A stretch of DNA of 59,529 nucleotides from an uncultured Gammaproteobacteria bacterium (GCA_964391315.1 CAYMJR010000002.1:14730-74258), one strand, 5' to 3'; positions 48,951 through 59,115 are shown, counted from the stretch's first letter. The notes: a model not told the origin generated them from the letters alone. Numbers and translations are program-made.

Positions 48951-49388
48951 ATGATTTATATTGCAGGTGATAAACATGGATATAAAGCAATAAAAATTGT
49001 CGAAGAATACTTACAAAAGCACAATATTCCATTTCAAAACCTCGGTATCACTCGAGAAGAAGAAGATATAAAACTGCAGGATATGATTCCTCCTTTGAAA
49101 GATAAGGTCCTTGAACATGAAGGAAACAGAGGAATACTTTCTTGCGGAACAGGAATTGGAGTTGAGGTTGGAGTAAATAAATTCAGTGGTATTAGAGCCG
49201 CATTGGCAACAAACGAAACAATTGCAGAATGGTCCCGTGTGTATGATAACTGTAATGTGCTTTGTTTGGTTGGATGGAATTGTGATAAAGACGTTGTAGA
49301 AAAGATATTGGATGCGTGGTTTGCCGCAGAATACGACGGCAGTGAAAAGAGGTTAAAGGTGTTTGAAGAATTTAATAAATGGCACTAG
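48951..49388 (+). CDS. rpiB: RpiB/LacA/LacB sugar-phosphate isomerase
   Basis: IAGDKHG, GILSCGTGIG, NKFSGIRAA, NCNVLCL. Confidence 0.85.
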   Translation: MIYIAGDKHGYKAIKIVEEYLQKHNIPFQNLGITREEEDIKLQDMIPPLKDKVLEHEGNRGILSCGTGIGVEVGVNKFSGIRAALATNETIAEWSRVYDNCNVLCLVGWNCDKDVVEKILDAWFAAEYDGSEKRLKVFEEFNKWH

Positions 49389-50908
49389 ATCTCCATTGGG
49401 CCGTCGTGTTTGGGTCCTTGAGGATGTGGATCCTTCAGAAAAAATGCCGAGATACCACCAATCACAACGATTAGAGCTGCCCATTGAAAGACACTTCCGT
49501 AGGCAACGATATTTGCTTTTGAAATCATCAGCGCAGGAATTGTTTGTAACACCGACGGATTGGTGGTATTGATGATAGAGAATTTCTCAATAGCGAGTAG
49601 TTTACTGGTGATACTATTTGAAAGAAGTGTTGCGAAAATGGCGATACCAAATGCACCTGATAAGTTTCTTGCCAAAGCCAAAATGGATGACGCGACACCG
49701 ACTTCATTGAGAGGGACAGTTCCTGTCGCGGCTTGAGTAATTGGTGCAAAACCAACTCCAATCCCCATCGCAAAAAGCCAAAGACGCCAGGCAATATCCC
49801 AAAATGTCCATTTGATATCTATTCCGATAAATGTATACATGATAAATGCTGCCCAAAACATCCCAATTGAGACAAAAATTCGCATAGGAACTTTGAAAAT
49901 CAATCTGTTTCCTATTTGCACACCCATCATAATCCCAACTGCCATCGGAATAAACAAATAGCCTGAAGTGGTCACGCTGTAGCCCAGATATGTCTGAGCA
50001 AAAATTGGCAAAAGAAAGATGCCTCCAAGCATCCCCATGAAAGAAATAAATGACGTGATATTGGCTGCGGCGAACGTCGGATTTTTGAAAAATTTGAGAT
50101 CGACGACAGGTTCTTTTTCGTGATTTTCAACAATAAGGAAAATAATTAGCGATACTACTGAAATAAAGTAACTAATGATACTATTGGTACTTGTCCAGCC
50201 CCAATCTTGTCCTTTATCGAGTACAAGAACCATAGTCCCAAGACTAATAGCCAGTAAGAATGAACCAATCCAGTCAAAATGGGCAATGCCTTTTGCATTG
50301 GTAACGTGTTCTTTGATATATTTCCATGCCATAAAAATTCCAAGCCCCCCAAGTGGAACATTGATAAAAAAGACTGATCGCCAACCAAAAATATCAGTCA
50401 ACGGTCCACCAAGAAGAGGACCGAAAACAATTGCCAACGCAAAAACGCCAGACCAAATACCCATGGCTTGTGCACGTTGCTTACGGTCGGTAAATTCATA
50501 CGCGATAATTGAGAGAGCAATGGGATAGTCAATTGATACGGTAATTGCTTGAATAACACGGGCAATAAGCATCGATGAGAGATTGAATGAAAGTCCTGCT
50601 ATTATTGATGAAATCGTAAACCCAACAATGCCCCAGATGTAGAGCGGTTTTCTTCCAACAAGATCACCCATTTTCCCAAAAACAGGTACAAAAACAGCAT
50701 TGGCAATAATATATGCTGTTGAAATCCAACTCGCCTGTGATACTGTAATGCCAAAGTCGGAGATGATTTTTGGAAGCGCCAAATTAACAATCGTTCCATC
50801 AAGTCGTCCAAGAAAGGTACCAATCATTAAAGTCATAATGATAAACCATTGTTCTTGTGAAAAACCCTTTTTTTCTGGTTGTGTTTGTTGTGTTATATTT
50901 TCTGTCAT
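49385..50908 (-). CDS. DHA2 (EmrB/QacA) MFS efflux transporter
   Basis: LDGTIVNLALP, GKMGDLVGRK, GPLLGG, WRSVFFINVPLG; about 14 TM. Confidence 0.93.
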   Translation of the reverse strand: MTENITQQTQPEKKGFSQEQWFIIMTLMIGTFLGRLDGTIVNLALPKIISDFGITVSQASWISTAYIIANAVFVPVFGKMGDLVGRKPLYIWGIVGFTISSIIAGLSFNLSSMLIARVIQAITVSIDYPIALSIIAYEFTDRKQRAQAMGIWSGVFALAIVFGPLLGGPLTDIFGWRSVFFINVPLGGLGIFMAWKYIKEHVTNAKGIAHFDWIGSFLLAISLGTMVLVLDKGQDWGWTSTNSIISYFISVVSLIIFLIVENHEKEPVVDLKFFKNPTFAAANITSFISFMGMLGGIFLLPIFAQTYLGYSVTTSGYLFIPMAVGIMMGVQIGNRLIFKVPMRIFVSIGMFWAAFIMYTFIGIDIKWTFWDIAWRLWLFAMGIGVGFAPITQAATGTVPLNEVGVASSILALARNLSGAFGIAIFATLLSNSITSKLLAIEKFSIINTTNPSVLQTIPALMISKANIVAYGSVFQWAALIVVIGGISAFFLKDPHPQGPKHDGPMEI

Positions 50909-50931
50909 GATAGGAGGTATGACGAGAAGTT

Positions 50932-51570
50932 TTATTTCGTTTTTGTAAACACAGTCAACTTCGCAGACATACCGTTTTTGATTTCAGGATATTTTGCTGT
51001 ATCAAATCGTGCATAGACAACAAACTGTTGTGTTGGGCGATCAGATGAAATAGAGAATGATAACTGTGTTGTTTTGGCACTCGGTGAAATTTCATCAACA
51101 TAGCCCCAATATGTTTTTCCAGGGAATGCATCAACAGTGAATGAAACTGTTTGTCCGACATGAACATTCTCAAGACCTTTATTTTCGTCAATTGTTCCTG
51201 CAACACGAAGATCAATTGGTCGTATCATTTGCATCAATTGTGTTGTTGGTCCGACACTTGAACCCACTTGATTAGTTGAGAGGATAACCTGTCCATCGGT
51301 ATCACTTCTGATTGTCTCGTTGCCGACAACTGCCAAGATATCACCTTTTTTAACATATTGTCCCTCAGTTACATCAATTTCTTTTATTTTGCCACCAGAT
51401 GTTGGAGAGATAGTAATGACAGGCGCAGAAATGAGCGAGTTGTCAATAAAGACCCGGTTCAATGTCTTCGCAAGAAAGATGATGCCAAAGATGACAATCA
51501 ATACTGCGGCAACAATACCTGCTTTTTTCAAAAATGCTTTATCTTTTAATTTTGATATTTTTTGTTTCAT
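50932..51570 (-). CDS. Short HlyD/EmrA-family membrane fusion protein
   Basis: N-terminal TM, EGQYVKKGDIL, VGQTVSFTVDAFP, GMSA; hairpin essentially absent. Confidence 0.85.
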   Translation of the reverse strand: MKQKISKLKDKAFLKKAGIVAAVLIVIFGIIFLAKTLNRVFIDNSLISAPVITISPTSGGKIKEIDVTEGQYVKKGDILAVVGNETIRSDTDGQVILSTNQVGSSVGPTTQLMQMIRPIDLRVAGTIDENKGLENVHVGQTVSFTVDAFPGKTYWGYVDEISPSAKTTQLSFSISSDRPTQQFVVYARFDTAKYPEIKNGMSAKLTVFTKTK

Positions 51571-52658
51571 AAGATTATATATTTTTTATTCGTTAATGCT
51601 TTTGGATCAGTAATAATTTTGTCACCTTCAGAAAGACCACCGGTAATTTCAATAGCAGAGCCATGCACCCGGCCAGTTGTAACTTCTCGTAATACTGCCT
51701 GTCCATTACTATCAACCCAAACATATTTTCCTGCAAGCACGGTCCACATCGGAACAAGTGTTACACTCGAATCAGTGTTGCTTGCGATTAAGACGGTTCC
51801 AGCTTGGTCAAGTTTTGCATTTTTTAAGCCTGTACTTTCTACATCTACTTGATAAACTGATTGTCCGCTGGCAAGCGTTACTTTTGCAGGGTAAATTTTA
51901 CTGACGGTTCCCTGAATTGATTTCTTTGAACCATCAACAGAGATTGTTGCATCTGCACCAACAGAAATATAATCAATATCATTTTCTGCGACGTTTGCAC
52001 GAAATACTGCAGTTGTTGGATCGGCAACGGTAAATGATGTTACCGGTGTGACATTTACTCCCGCAACCGTCACATCTTCATGAGTGACGATACCATTCAA
52101 AGGAGAGGTGATTGTTGCAAGTTGAATTGCATAGTTTGCTAAATCAACATTAAGCTGTGCTGAATCATTTGCAAGTTTTGCGTTATCGACAAAATGTTTA
52201 ACAGTATCAGTAACAACTTGTGCTTCTGTTGTGTTGTTATAACTTTGAATGGTTGATTTATCGAGTGCTGCGCGTTGTTGTCCTTCGACAATATTTGCTT
52301 GATTATTCTCATTGGTTTGGTCAGTGTTGTTTTGACTTATTTGATATGTATCTGCTGCAAGTTGTAATTGCTTTTGCAACGCATAGGTATCAAGTTCTGC
52401 AATTGCTTGACCTTGATAGACATGGTCTCCTTCTTTAACAGGAAGATAGGCAAGTTTGCCGCCTGTTTGGAAATGGAGTGTTGCCTGATTTTCTGCTGTG
52501 ACAGCACCATCTGCTGAGATTGTCGATGCTACTTTTTTGACTGTTACTTCTTTTGAAGCTTCAATCTGGTTGCCAGAGAAGAGAGATGCAATATACCAAC
52601 CTCCAACTCCAAGAAGAATAACAACTACTAATGCAATAATAATTTGTTTAATTTTCAT
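51567..52658 (-). CDS. Efflux membrane fusion (adaptor) protein
   Basis: N-terminal TM, VKEGDHVYQGQ, coiled coil, ITSPLNG, EITGGLSEGD. Confidence 0.88.
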   Translation of the reverse strand: MKIKQIIIALVVVILLGVGGWYIASLFSGNQIEASKEVTVKKVASTISADGAVTAENQATLHFQTGGKLAYLPVKEGDHVYQGQAIAELDTYALQKQLQLAADTYQISQNNTDQTNENNQANIVEGQQRAALDKSTIQSYNNTTEAQVVTDTVKHFVDNAKLANDSAQLNVDLANYAIQLATITSPLNGIVTHEDVTVAGVNVTPVTSFTVADPTTAVFRANVAENDIDYISVGADATISVDGSKKSIQGTVSKIYPAKVTLASGQSVYQVDVESTGLKNAKLDQAGTVLIASNTDSSVTLVPMWTVLAGKYVWVDSNGQAVLREVTTGRVHGSAIEITGGLSEGDKIITDPKALTNKKYIIL

Positions 52659-53085
52659 TTTGTTTCTCCAATTTTTCTGTAAGAGTCGTTACTATACGAA
52701 GCAATGTTGCTTGATCTTCTCCTGAAACAAAAGAGAGCAATTCCTCAATTTTCTTCGTCCTTTCAATCATAGCATTTTTTAGAAGAGTTTGTCCTTGTTG
52801 GGTCAAATTAATTCTGACAACTCGTCTGTCGATAGGATCAGTTTGTCTTTCGACAAGTTTGAGTTCAGATAATTTATTCAGTAGGCTAGTTGCTGAGGGA
52901 AGTTCTATACGGAAATTTTCTGCGATTTTGCTCATCGTGACATTTGGATTTTTTTTAAGAAAAATAAGTGCTTGAAGTTGCACAACAGTCAATTGCGCAA
53001 TATTTCCGGTGTAGCACATGTTTTCTTTTATAAGGCGAGATAATTTAAATGTCGCTTCAACAAGTTTGTTAGTTGTTGTTGTCAT
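52648..53085 (-). CDS. MarR-family transcriptional regulator
   Basis: LTVVQLQAL, SATSLLNKL, VERQTDPIDRRVVRINLTQQG. Confidence 0.93.
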   Translation of the reverse strand: MTTTTNKLVEATFKLSRLIKENMCYTGNIAQLTVVQLQALIFLKKNPNVTMSKIAENFRIELPSATSLLNKLSELKLVERQTDPIDRRVVRINLTQQGQTLLKNAMIERTKKIEELLSFVSGEDQATLLRIVTTLTEKLEKQNEN

Positions 53086-53120
53086 ACTTAGTCTGTCTAA
53101 TAGTTAGACAATCTAAGTAT
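53084..53120. promoter_or_regulatory. Palindromic operator, probable MarR site (two TTAG-N5-CTAA boxes)
   Basis: atacttag-tc-tgtctaa-tag-ttagaca-at-ctaagtat, between the marR -10 and start codon. Confidence 0.75.
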
Positions 53121-53144
53121 ATCGTATTGCACAGGCTATGTCAA
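53116..53144 (-). promoter_or_regulatory. Sigma70 promoter of the marR operon, TTGACA-17-TATACT
   Basis: Minus strand TTGACA 53144-53139, TATACT 53121-53116. Confidence 0.75.
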
Positions 53145-53161
53145 CAGTGAGTTTGATGACT

Positions 53162-53170
53162 TGGTATACT
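53162..53170 (+). promoter_or_regulatory. Extended -10 (TGgTATACT), leaderless
   Basis: 6 nt before ATG 53177. Confidence 0.65.
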
Positions 53171-53176
53171 TTGAGT

Positions 53177-54076
53177 ATGAAGATCATTTCATTAGTTCCA
53201 GCTGCAACAGAGATGGTGTGTTTGCTTGGATTGAAAAGATCACTTATTGGCATATCGGATGACAATGATTATCCTTCGTCTGTTTTGTCATTGCCCAAAA
53301 TTACCACAACAACAATTAATGGCAACTTATCAAGTTTGGAAATCGATAAGAAAGTGAGAACTGCCAAACACCGCGGCTCAAGTGTTTTTCATATTAATCG
53401 AGGGTTACTTGCACAATTTGCGCCTGATCTTATTTTGACTCAAGAGCTTTGCCCTGTCTGTGCACCAGCTTATACCGATATTGAAAAGGCAGCTCGAAAA
53501 GTTTTACAAAATACCAAAATTATTTCTTTAGATCCACATAGTATTTCGGATATTTTGGATAACATACAAGAGGTTGCAAAGGCCACAAATGCTTCTGCTA
53601 TACAGGCTATTAATGACTTAAAACATCGTTTATTTCGTATTAAAAAAAAGCTTGTTGATGTGAGAAAAACGTCTGTGCTTATTATTGAATGGCTTGATCC
53701 ATTGATGATCGCAGGGCATTGGGTGCCGGAAATGGTTGAGAAAGCAGGAGGCCGGATGCTTATTGCAAAGAAAAAAGAAAAGTCCAAAGGGATTTTGTGG
53801 GAAGACGTTTTAGAACTCGATCCAGATACTATTATTATAGCGCCATGTGGGTTTTCGATTGCGAGGACACTGGAAGAAATTGAGTTTATTACAAAACAAA
53901 AAGGTTTTATGCAGCTTAAGTCATACAAAAACAAACAAATTTTTTTGGTTGATGGTAATGCATATTTGACGAGACCTGGACCGCGAGTTATTGATGGTGT
54001 TGAAATTCTCGCGCAAATTTTTCATCCAGATATTTTTCCCCGTTCCTATCCAAGTACCTCCTGGAGGCATTTATAA
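53177..54076 (+). CDS. BtuF-like (cobalamin/siderophore) binding protein without signal peptide
   Basis: MKIISLVPAATEMV, PDLILTQ, EWLDP..AGHWVPEM, PGPRVIDG. Confidence 0.8.
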   Translation: MKIISLVPAATEMVCLLGLKRSLIGISDDNDYPSSVLSLPKITTTTINGNLSSLEIDKKVRTAKHRGSSVFHINRGLLAQFAPDLILTQELCPVCAPAYTDIEKAARKVLQNTKIISLDPHSISDILDNIQEVAKATNASAIQAINDLKHRLFRIKKKLVDVRKTSVLIIEWLDPLMIAGHWVPEMVEKAGGRMLIAKKKEKSKGILWEDVLELDPDTIIIAPCGFSIARTLEEIEFITKQKGFMQLKSYKNKQIFLVDGNAYLTRPGPRVIDGVEILAQIFHPDIFPRSYPSTSWRHL

Positions 54077-54098
54077 TTTCAGCTATTTTTCAGCAACC

Positions 54099-54107
54099 TG
54101 CTATAAT
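54099..54107 (+). promoter_or_regulatory. Extended -10 (TGcTATAAT)
   Basis: 8 nt before ATG 54116. Confidence 0.6.
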
Positions 54108-54115
54108 CTGCAAGT

Positions 54116-54787
54116 ATGAAGTTGCTTGTTGTCGAAGACGAACACAAGATTGCCAATTCCATCAAGCAAGGCCTCGAACAGGAAAATTTTGTCGTAGATA
54201 TTGCGTATGATGGAACGACTGGATACGATTTGGCGGTAAGTGAAGAATACGATCTGTTAATTCTTGACAGACTTTTGCCAGGGATGGAAGGTGTCGAAAT
54301 TGTCAAAAAGATCCGTGAACACAGTATTCACACACCAATTTTATTGCTCACAGCAAAAGGACATGTTGATGACCGCGTCGAGGGGCTTGATGCCGGAGCT
54401 GATGATTATCTCACCAAGCCGTTTGCGTTTACTGAACTTTTGGCCCGTGTCCGTGCACTCACTCGCAGACCCAAAAATAAAATTATCTCAACACTGTCTA
54501 TTGATGATCTTATCCTTGATACAGCGACTTATGAAGTCAGAAGAAACGGGAAGCCAATTCTTCTTTCAAATAAAGAATTTTCACTGTTGGAATTTTTAAT
54601 GCGTCATCCAAGGCAAATAGTAAAGAAAGAACAAATTATCAAGCAGGTGTGGGATTATGATGCGGATGTTTTGCCAAATTCTGTTGAGGTATATATTAAG
54701 CATTTACGTGATAAGATAGACAAACATTTCACCAAAAAATTGATCCATACCATTCGAGGTTTTGGTTACCAATTGGGAGAAAAATAA
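54116..54787 (+). CDS. OmpR-family response regulator
   Basis: VVEDE, LILD, LTAK, GADDYLTKPF, winged helix TIRGFGY. Confidence 0.95.
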   Translation: MKLLVVEDEHKIANSIKQGLEQENFVVDIAYDGTTGYDLAVSEEYDLLILDRLLPGMEGVEIVKKIREHSIHTPILLLTAKGHVDDRVEGLDAGADDYLTKPFAFTELLARVRALTRRPKNKIISTLSIDDLILDTATYEVRRNGKPILLSNKEFSLLEFLMRHPRQIVKKEQIIKQVWDYDADVLPNSVEVYIKHLRDKIDKHFTKKLIHTIRGFGYQLGEK

Positions 54788-55840
54788 ATGTTTCAAAGTG
54801 CACGGTTCAAATTAACAGCATGGTATCTTGTCATTATTATGACAATTAGTCTATTGTTTAGTTTTGCAATTTATACGAGTATTACCGCTGAATATCACCG
54901 CTTTGAAAAAATGCAGGTGCGGGTGCAGGAAGAATTGCAGGAAGGCAATATTTTGCCATTTCCTCCGCCGGGACATTTCATCAGAGTAGCACGACCTGAT
55001 CCCGCATTCATTCAGAGTGCAAGAGATCGTTTGCTGATAACTTTGGTACTTATCAATCTTGGTATCTTGGGATTTTCCGGAGCAGCTGGGTATTTTCTTG
55101 CAGGGCGGACACTCAAACCAATTCAAAAAATGGTTGATGAACAAAAACGGTTTGTCACCGATGCATCACATGAGCTTCGTACACCACTCACCTCTCTTCG
55201 TTCCGAAATAGAAGTGGGACTCCGCAATAAAAATCTACATATGAATGATGCCAAAAGATTGCTTGAAAGTAATCTTGAAGAAGTCATTAATTTACAAACA
55301 CTTTCTGATAATCTCTTGGAGTTAGCGCAAAATGGAAAGTTTGTTGATCCGAAAAATTTTGAAAAAGTATCATTGAAAATAGCTGTAAAAAATGCCATTA
55401 AGCGCGTCGAACCGCTCGCAAAAAGTAAAGAAATTACCATTGTGGACAAGATTGGAAAGCACATAATCTATGGAATTCCAGACCGCATCGTTGAACTTTT
55501 TGTCATTCTTCTTGATAACGCTATTAAATATAGTAGTAATAATAAAGAAGTGACGATTGCTTCACAGGCAAATGATAAACAGGTTGCTGTTGAAGTGCGC
55601 GATCAAGGAATCGGTATTGCTGAGGCGGATCTTGTTCATATTTTCGAGCGGTTTTACCGGGTTTCCAAATCACGGACAAAAACGACTGCTTCAGGTTATG
55701 GTTTGGGTCTCTCAATTGCCAAGAAGATTGTTGCAGCGCATAATGGTATAATAGTTGTAGAAAGCAAATTGGGAAAAGGTAGTATTTTTAAGCTTGTTTT
55801 CAGATCAACGGCTCAGAATAAGAATAATGAAATTATTTAG
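54788..55840 (+). CDS. Sensor histidine kinase
   Basis: 2 TM, DASHELRTPL H-box, LLDNAIKY, DQGIGI, FERFYR, GYGLGL. Confidence 0.95.
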   Translation: MFQSARFKLTAWYLVIIMTISLLFSFAIYTSITAEYHRFEKMQVRVQEELQEGNILPFPPPGHFIRVARPDPAFIQSARDRLLITLVLINLGILGFSGAAGYFLAGRTLKPIQKMVDEQKRFVTDASHELRTPLTSLRSEIEVGLRNKNLHMNDAKRLLESNLEEVINLQTLSDNLLELAQNGKFVDPKNFEKVSLKIAVKNAIKRVEPLAKSKEITIVDKIGKHIIYGIPDRIVELFVILLDNAIKYSSNNKEVTIASQANDKQVAVEVRDQGIGIAEADLVHIFERFYRVSKSRTKTTASGYGLGLSIAKKIVAAHNGIIVVESKLGKGSIFKLVFRSTAQNKNNEII

Positions 55841-57164
55841 CGCATTAGTATCAAAGATATTTGCGTTTATTGGATGGTTTTTCAGACTTTCTTTACTCAA
55901 GAAAGGGATTTTTATTGCCATAGTTCTTTTTATTGGATGGCTTGTCTTTTTCAAATTTGCTCCCCAAAATAATGCTGCTTCACAATATCAGACTGCAACT
56001 GTTGAACGGGGGACACTTATTACCAGTGTTACTTCTTCGGGAACTGTTTCATCAGGAAGCCGTGCATCAATTACTACACAAGCAAGCGGGGTTGTTTCGG
56101 AAGTCTATGTTAAAAATGGTGATTATGTCAATCAAGGCGATAAGATTGCAACGTTGTCACTTGACCCGACATCGGAGCAAAAACAAGAAGCAGCATACGC
56201 GAGCTACTTATCTGCACAAAACAATCTTAACGATGCACAAGCAAAAATAAATTCTTTGCAATCAGCATTATTTAAAGCGAATCAAACGTTTATTAATGAT
56301 AAAGGCATTGCTAATCCAACAGATCAAAACAAAGCTGATCCAAAATATATTGAAGAGAATGCAGATTGGTTGCAGGCAGAGGCAGACTATAAGAATCAGC
56401 AGAGCGTTATTGCTCAAGCACAAGCAGCATTATCTTCAGCATCGCTTTCTTATGCCCAGACATCGTCAACCGTTACTGCTCCAATTGCTGGATATATCTC
56501 AAACTTAAGTATCACCCCCGGTTTTCCAATTGTGAATACCTCATCAGGTAGTAATAATTCAAACCCGACGGCAACAACACTTGGAAATATAACTCTTAAA
56601 GATGTCAAACAAACAGCAACGGTTAACTTAACAGAAATTGATGTAACCAATGTCAAAGTCGGACAGCGGGTAACCATGACGCTTGATGCATTCCCGAAGA
56701 AAACATTTACAGGAAAGGTAAGTGCGATTGATACCAATGGGGTTGTATCATCTGGTGTGACAACGTATCCGACAACAATTACCTTTGACAGTGCTCCTGA
56801 CAACATGTATCCAAATATGGCTGTTAATGCGACGATTATTTTGAATATTAAAGACAATGTTTTGTTAGTTCCAACCAGTGCAGTCCATACACAAAACGGA
56901 TCATCAACAGTACAAGTGTTGAAAAACGGACAGCCGCAGGATGTTGACGTCGAGGTCGGAGACTCATCTGATACTCAAACAGAAATCACCTCAGGTCTTA
57001 ATGAAGGAGATACGGTTGTTGTTGGAACAGTTGCAAAACAAACCGGTGGTACTCAAAGTTCATCACCTTTTGGCGGGACAGGATTTGGTGGTGGCAATCG
57101 GGGATTTGGCGGCGGTGGCGGAGGAGGAGCACAACGTGCAGTCTTTATCCAACGGGGCGGTTAA
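55827..57164 (+). CDS. MacA/YknX-like membrane fusion protein
   Basis: TM, VKNGDYVNQGD, coiled coil, TAPIAG, PNMAVNA, EITSGLNEGD, Gly-rich tail. ATG 55827. Confidence 0.88.
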   Translation: MKLFSALVSKIFAFIGWFFRLSLLKKGIFIAIVLFIGWLVFFKFAPQNNAASQYQTATVERGTLITSVTSSGTVSSGSRASITTQASGVVSEVYVKNGDYVNQGDKIATLSLDPTSEQKQEAAYASYLSAQNNLNDAQAKINSLQSALFKANQTFINDKGIANPTDQNKADPKYIEENADWLQAEADYKNQQSVIAQAQAALSSASLSYAQTSSTVTAPIAGYISNLSITPGFPIVNTSSGSNNSNPTATTLGNITLKDVKQTATVNLTEIDVTNVKVGQRVTMTLDAFPKKTFTGKVSAIDTNGVVSSGVTTYPTTITFDSAPDNMYPNMAVNATIILNIKDNVLLVPTSAVHTQNGSSTVQVLKNGQPQDVDVEVGDSSDTQTEITSGLNEGDTVVVGTVAKQTGGTQSSSPFGGTGFGGGNRGFGGGGGGGAQRAVFIQRGG

Positions 57165-57176
57165 CATTCTCTATGT

Positions 57177-57878
57177 ATGATTCATGTTTCAAAGATAAAA
57201 AAGGTATACCACATAGGAGACATTGAGACAGTTGCACTCAATGAAGTTTCTTTTACTATCAAAAAAGGTGAATTTGTTGCAATCATGGGACCTTCAGGAA
57301 GTGGTAAATCAACACTTATGCATATTCTTGGAGCACTGGATACGCCAACATCCGGTTCATATATCTTGGACGGCGAAGAGGTAGCAAAATTAACAGATGA
57401 CCAATTGGCTGATATCCGCAATCGCAAAATTGGTTTTATCTTTCAGGCGTTCAATCTCTTGCCTAGAACATCGGCATTAAAAAATGTCATGCTTCCTATG
57501 CGGTATGCTGGAATTCCACTTGCAGAACGTGAAGAACGTGCTAAAAAATTTTTGACAATGGTTGGTCTTGGAGAACGTATGAATCACAGTTCCAATCAGC
57601 TTTCAGGAGGACAACAGCAGCGTGTTGCTATTGCCCGTGGTATTGCGATGAATCCGGCAATTTTGCTTGCCGATGAGCCAACAGGAAATATCGCGTCCAA
57701 TCAAGCGAATGAAATTATGGGAATCTTCCAGGAAGTTAATGATCAGGGACATACGATTGTGATGATTACTCACGAACCAGATATCGCAGAGCATGCGAAA
57801 CGGATTATTACAATACGGGATGGCAGTATTGTTTCAGATACCGTGAATAAGAAACAGAAAATTGCTAAGAAGATTTGA
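57177..57878 (+). CDS. ABC ATP-binding protein (MacB/LolD type)
   Basis: [31 protein letters not shown]. Confidence 0.95.
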   Translation: MIHVSKIKKVYHIGDIETVALNEVSFTIKKGEFVAIMGPSGSGKSTLMHILGALDTPTSGSYILDGEEVAKLTDDQLADIRNRKIGFIFQAFNLLPRTSALKNVMLPMRYAGIPLAEREERAKKFLTMVGLGERMNHSSNQLSGGQQQRVAIARGIAMNPAILLADEPTGNIASNQANEIMGIFQEVNDQGHTIVMITHEPDIAEHAKRIITIRDGSIVSDTVNKKQKIAKKI

Positions 57879-57890
57879 GATTTATTTATT

Positions 57891-59111
57891 ATGGATAAAG
57901 AAACTCTTGTAGAAAGTTTAGGGACACTATTTATTAATAAGTTGCGTACAGGACTTGCAATGCTTGGCATAGTGATCGGTATCGGTAGTGTTATTACGTT
58001 GGTTTCTCTGGGACAAGCAACATCGCAACAGGTGCAAAATCAAATTCAATCTCTTGGTGCCAATTTATTAACGGTTATTCCTGGTTCACAAAATAGCGGT
58101 GCAGTTCGTGGTGCAGCAGGGGGCGGCACGACTTTAACTATTGATGACGCGAAAGCAATTTCGACTGACCCATCAATCACGACTGTTTCTAATGTCTCAC
58201 CTGAAGTAAATTCCCGGGCGCAAGTTACAGCGGGACGAAATAATGCCAATGTGCAGGTGATCGGCGCAACGCCAACCTATCTTGAGGTACATAAAGTGAC
58301 AATGGCAGAAGGGTCATTTATAACCGATCGAGAGAATAATGGTATTGCAAAAGTTGCAGTTATTGGTCCACAGGTCGAGACGAATTTATTCTCTGATGGA
58401 TCTGATCCTGTAGGACAAACTATCCGTCTGAAGGGCCAGTCATTGACAATTATCGGTGTAACCGTATCAAAAGGAGGAACAGGATTTTTTAATCAGGACA
58501 ATGTAATTTTTGTTCCTCTTCAAACAGCACAAAAAGAACTTTTTGGACAGGATTATCTTTCTTCTATTGCACTTGAGGCAAAGAGTTCTGATGTGATGAC
58601 AAATGCACAAAATCAGGTAGGGTATTTATTGTTGGCTCGACATAAATTGTCTGATCCATCTCAAGCAGATTTCACCATTTTTTCTCAAGCAGATATCTTA
58701 AGCGCTGCATCCTCAACAACAGGGACATTTACGACCCTTCTTGCCGGTATTGCGGCAATTTCTCTGTTGGTTGGAGGTATCGGTATTATGAATATCATGC
58801 TTGTGACAGTGACTGAAAGAATCCGTGAAATTGGTCTTCGTAAAGCACTCGGGGCTCGTAAAAAAACAATTATCACCCAATTTCTTATTGAAGCAGTAAT
58901 TCTGACTTTTATTGGGGGAATTATTGGCATTATTTTTGGAACCCTCGCGTCGTTTGTTATTTCGCAATTGACTCATTCACTTTTTATCGTCTCTGCAGAA
59001 TCGATTATTTTGGCAATTGGTGTGTCTGGAGGAATCGGTATTTTGTTTGGTTGGTATCCTGCTAAGCGCGCTGCTGATTTACAACCGATTGAAGCGTTAC
59101 GTTATGAATAA
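57891..59111 (+). CDS. ABC permease (MacB/FtsX type)
   Basis: LGIVIGIGSV, GGIGIMNIMLVTVTERIREIGLRKALGA, PIEALRYE. Confidence 0.95.
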   Translation: MDKETLVESLGTLFINKLRTGLAMLGIVIGIGSVITLVSLGQATSQQVQNQIQSLGANLLTVIPGSQNSGAVRGAAGGGTTLTIDDAKAISTDPSITTVSNVSPEVNSRAQVTAGRNNANVQVIGATPTYLEVHKVTMAEGSFITDRENNGIAKVAVIGPQVETNLFSDGSDPVGQTIRLKGQSLTIIGVTVSKGGTGFFNQDNVIFVPLQTAQKELFGQDYLSSIALEAKSSDVMTNAQNQVGYLLLARHKLSDPSQADFTIFSQADILSAASSTTGTFTTLLAGIAAISLLVGGIGIMNIMLVTVTERIREIGLRKALGARKKTIITQFLIEAVILTFIGGIIGIIFGTLASFVISQLTHSLFIVSAESIILAIGVSGGIGILFGWYPAKRAADLQPIEALRYE

Positions 59112-59115
59112 CAGA

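Noticed and set aside
53084-53120. Rho-independent terminator
   Set aside because: Lies between divergent gene starts, is AT-rich and has no U-tract; fits an operator better.
57070-57130. GGC/GGT-rich repeat
   Set aside because: Explained by poly-Gly codons in the adaptor tail; period 3.
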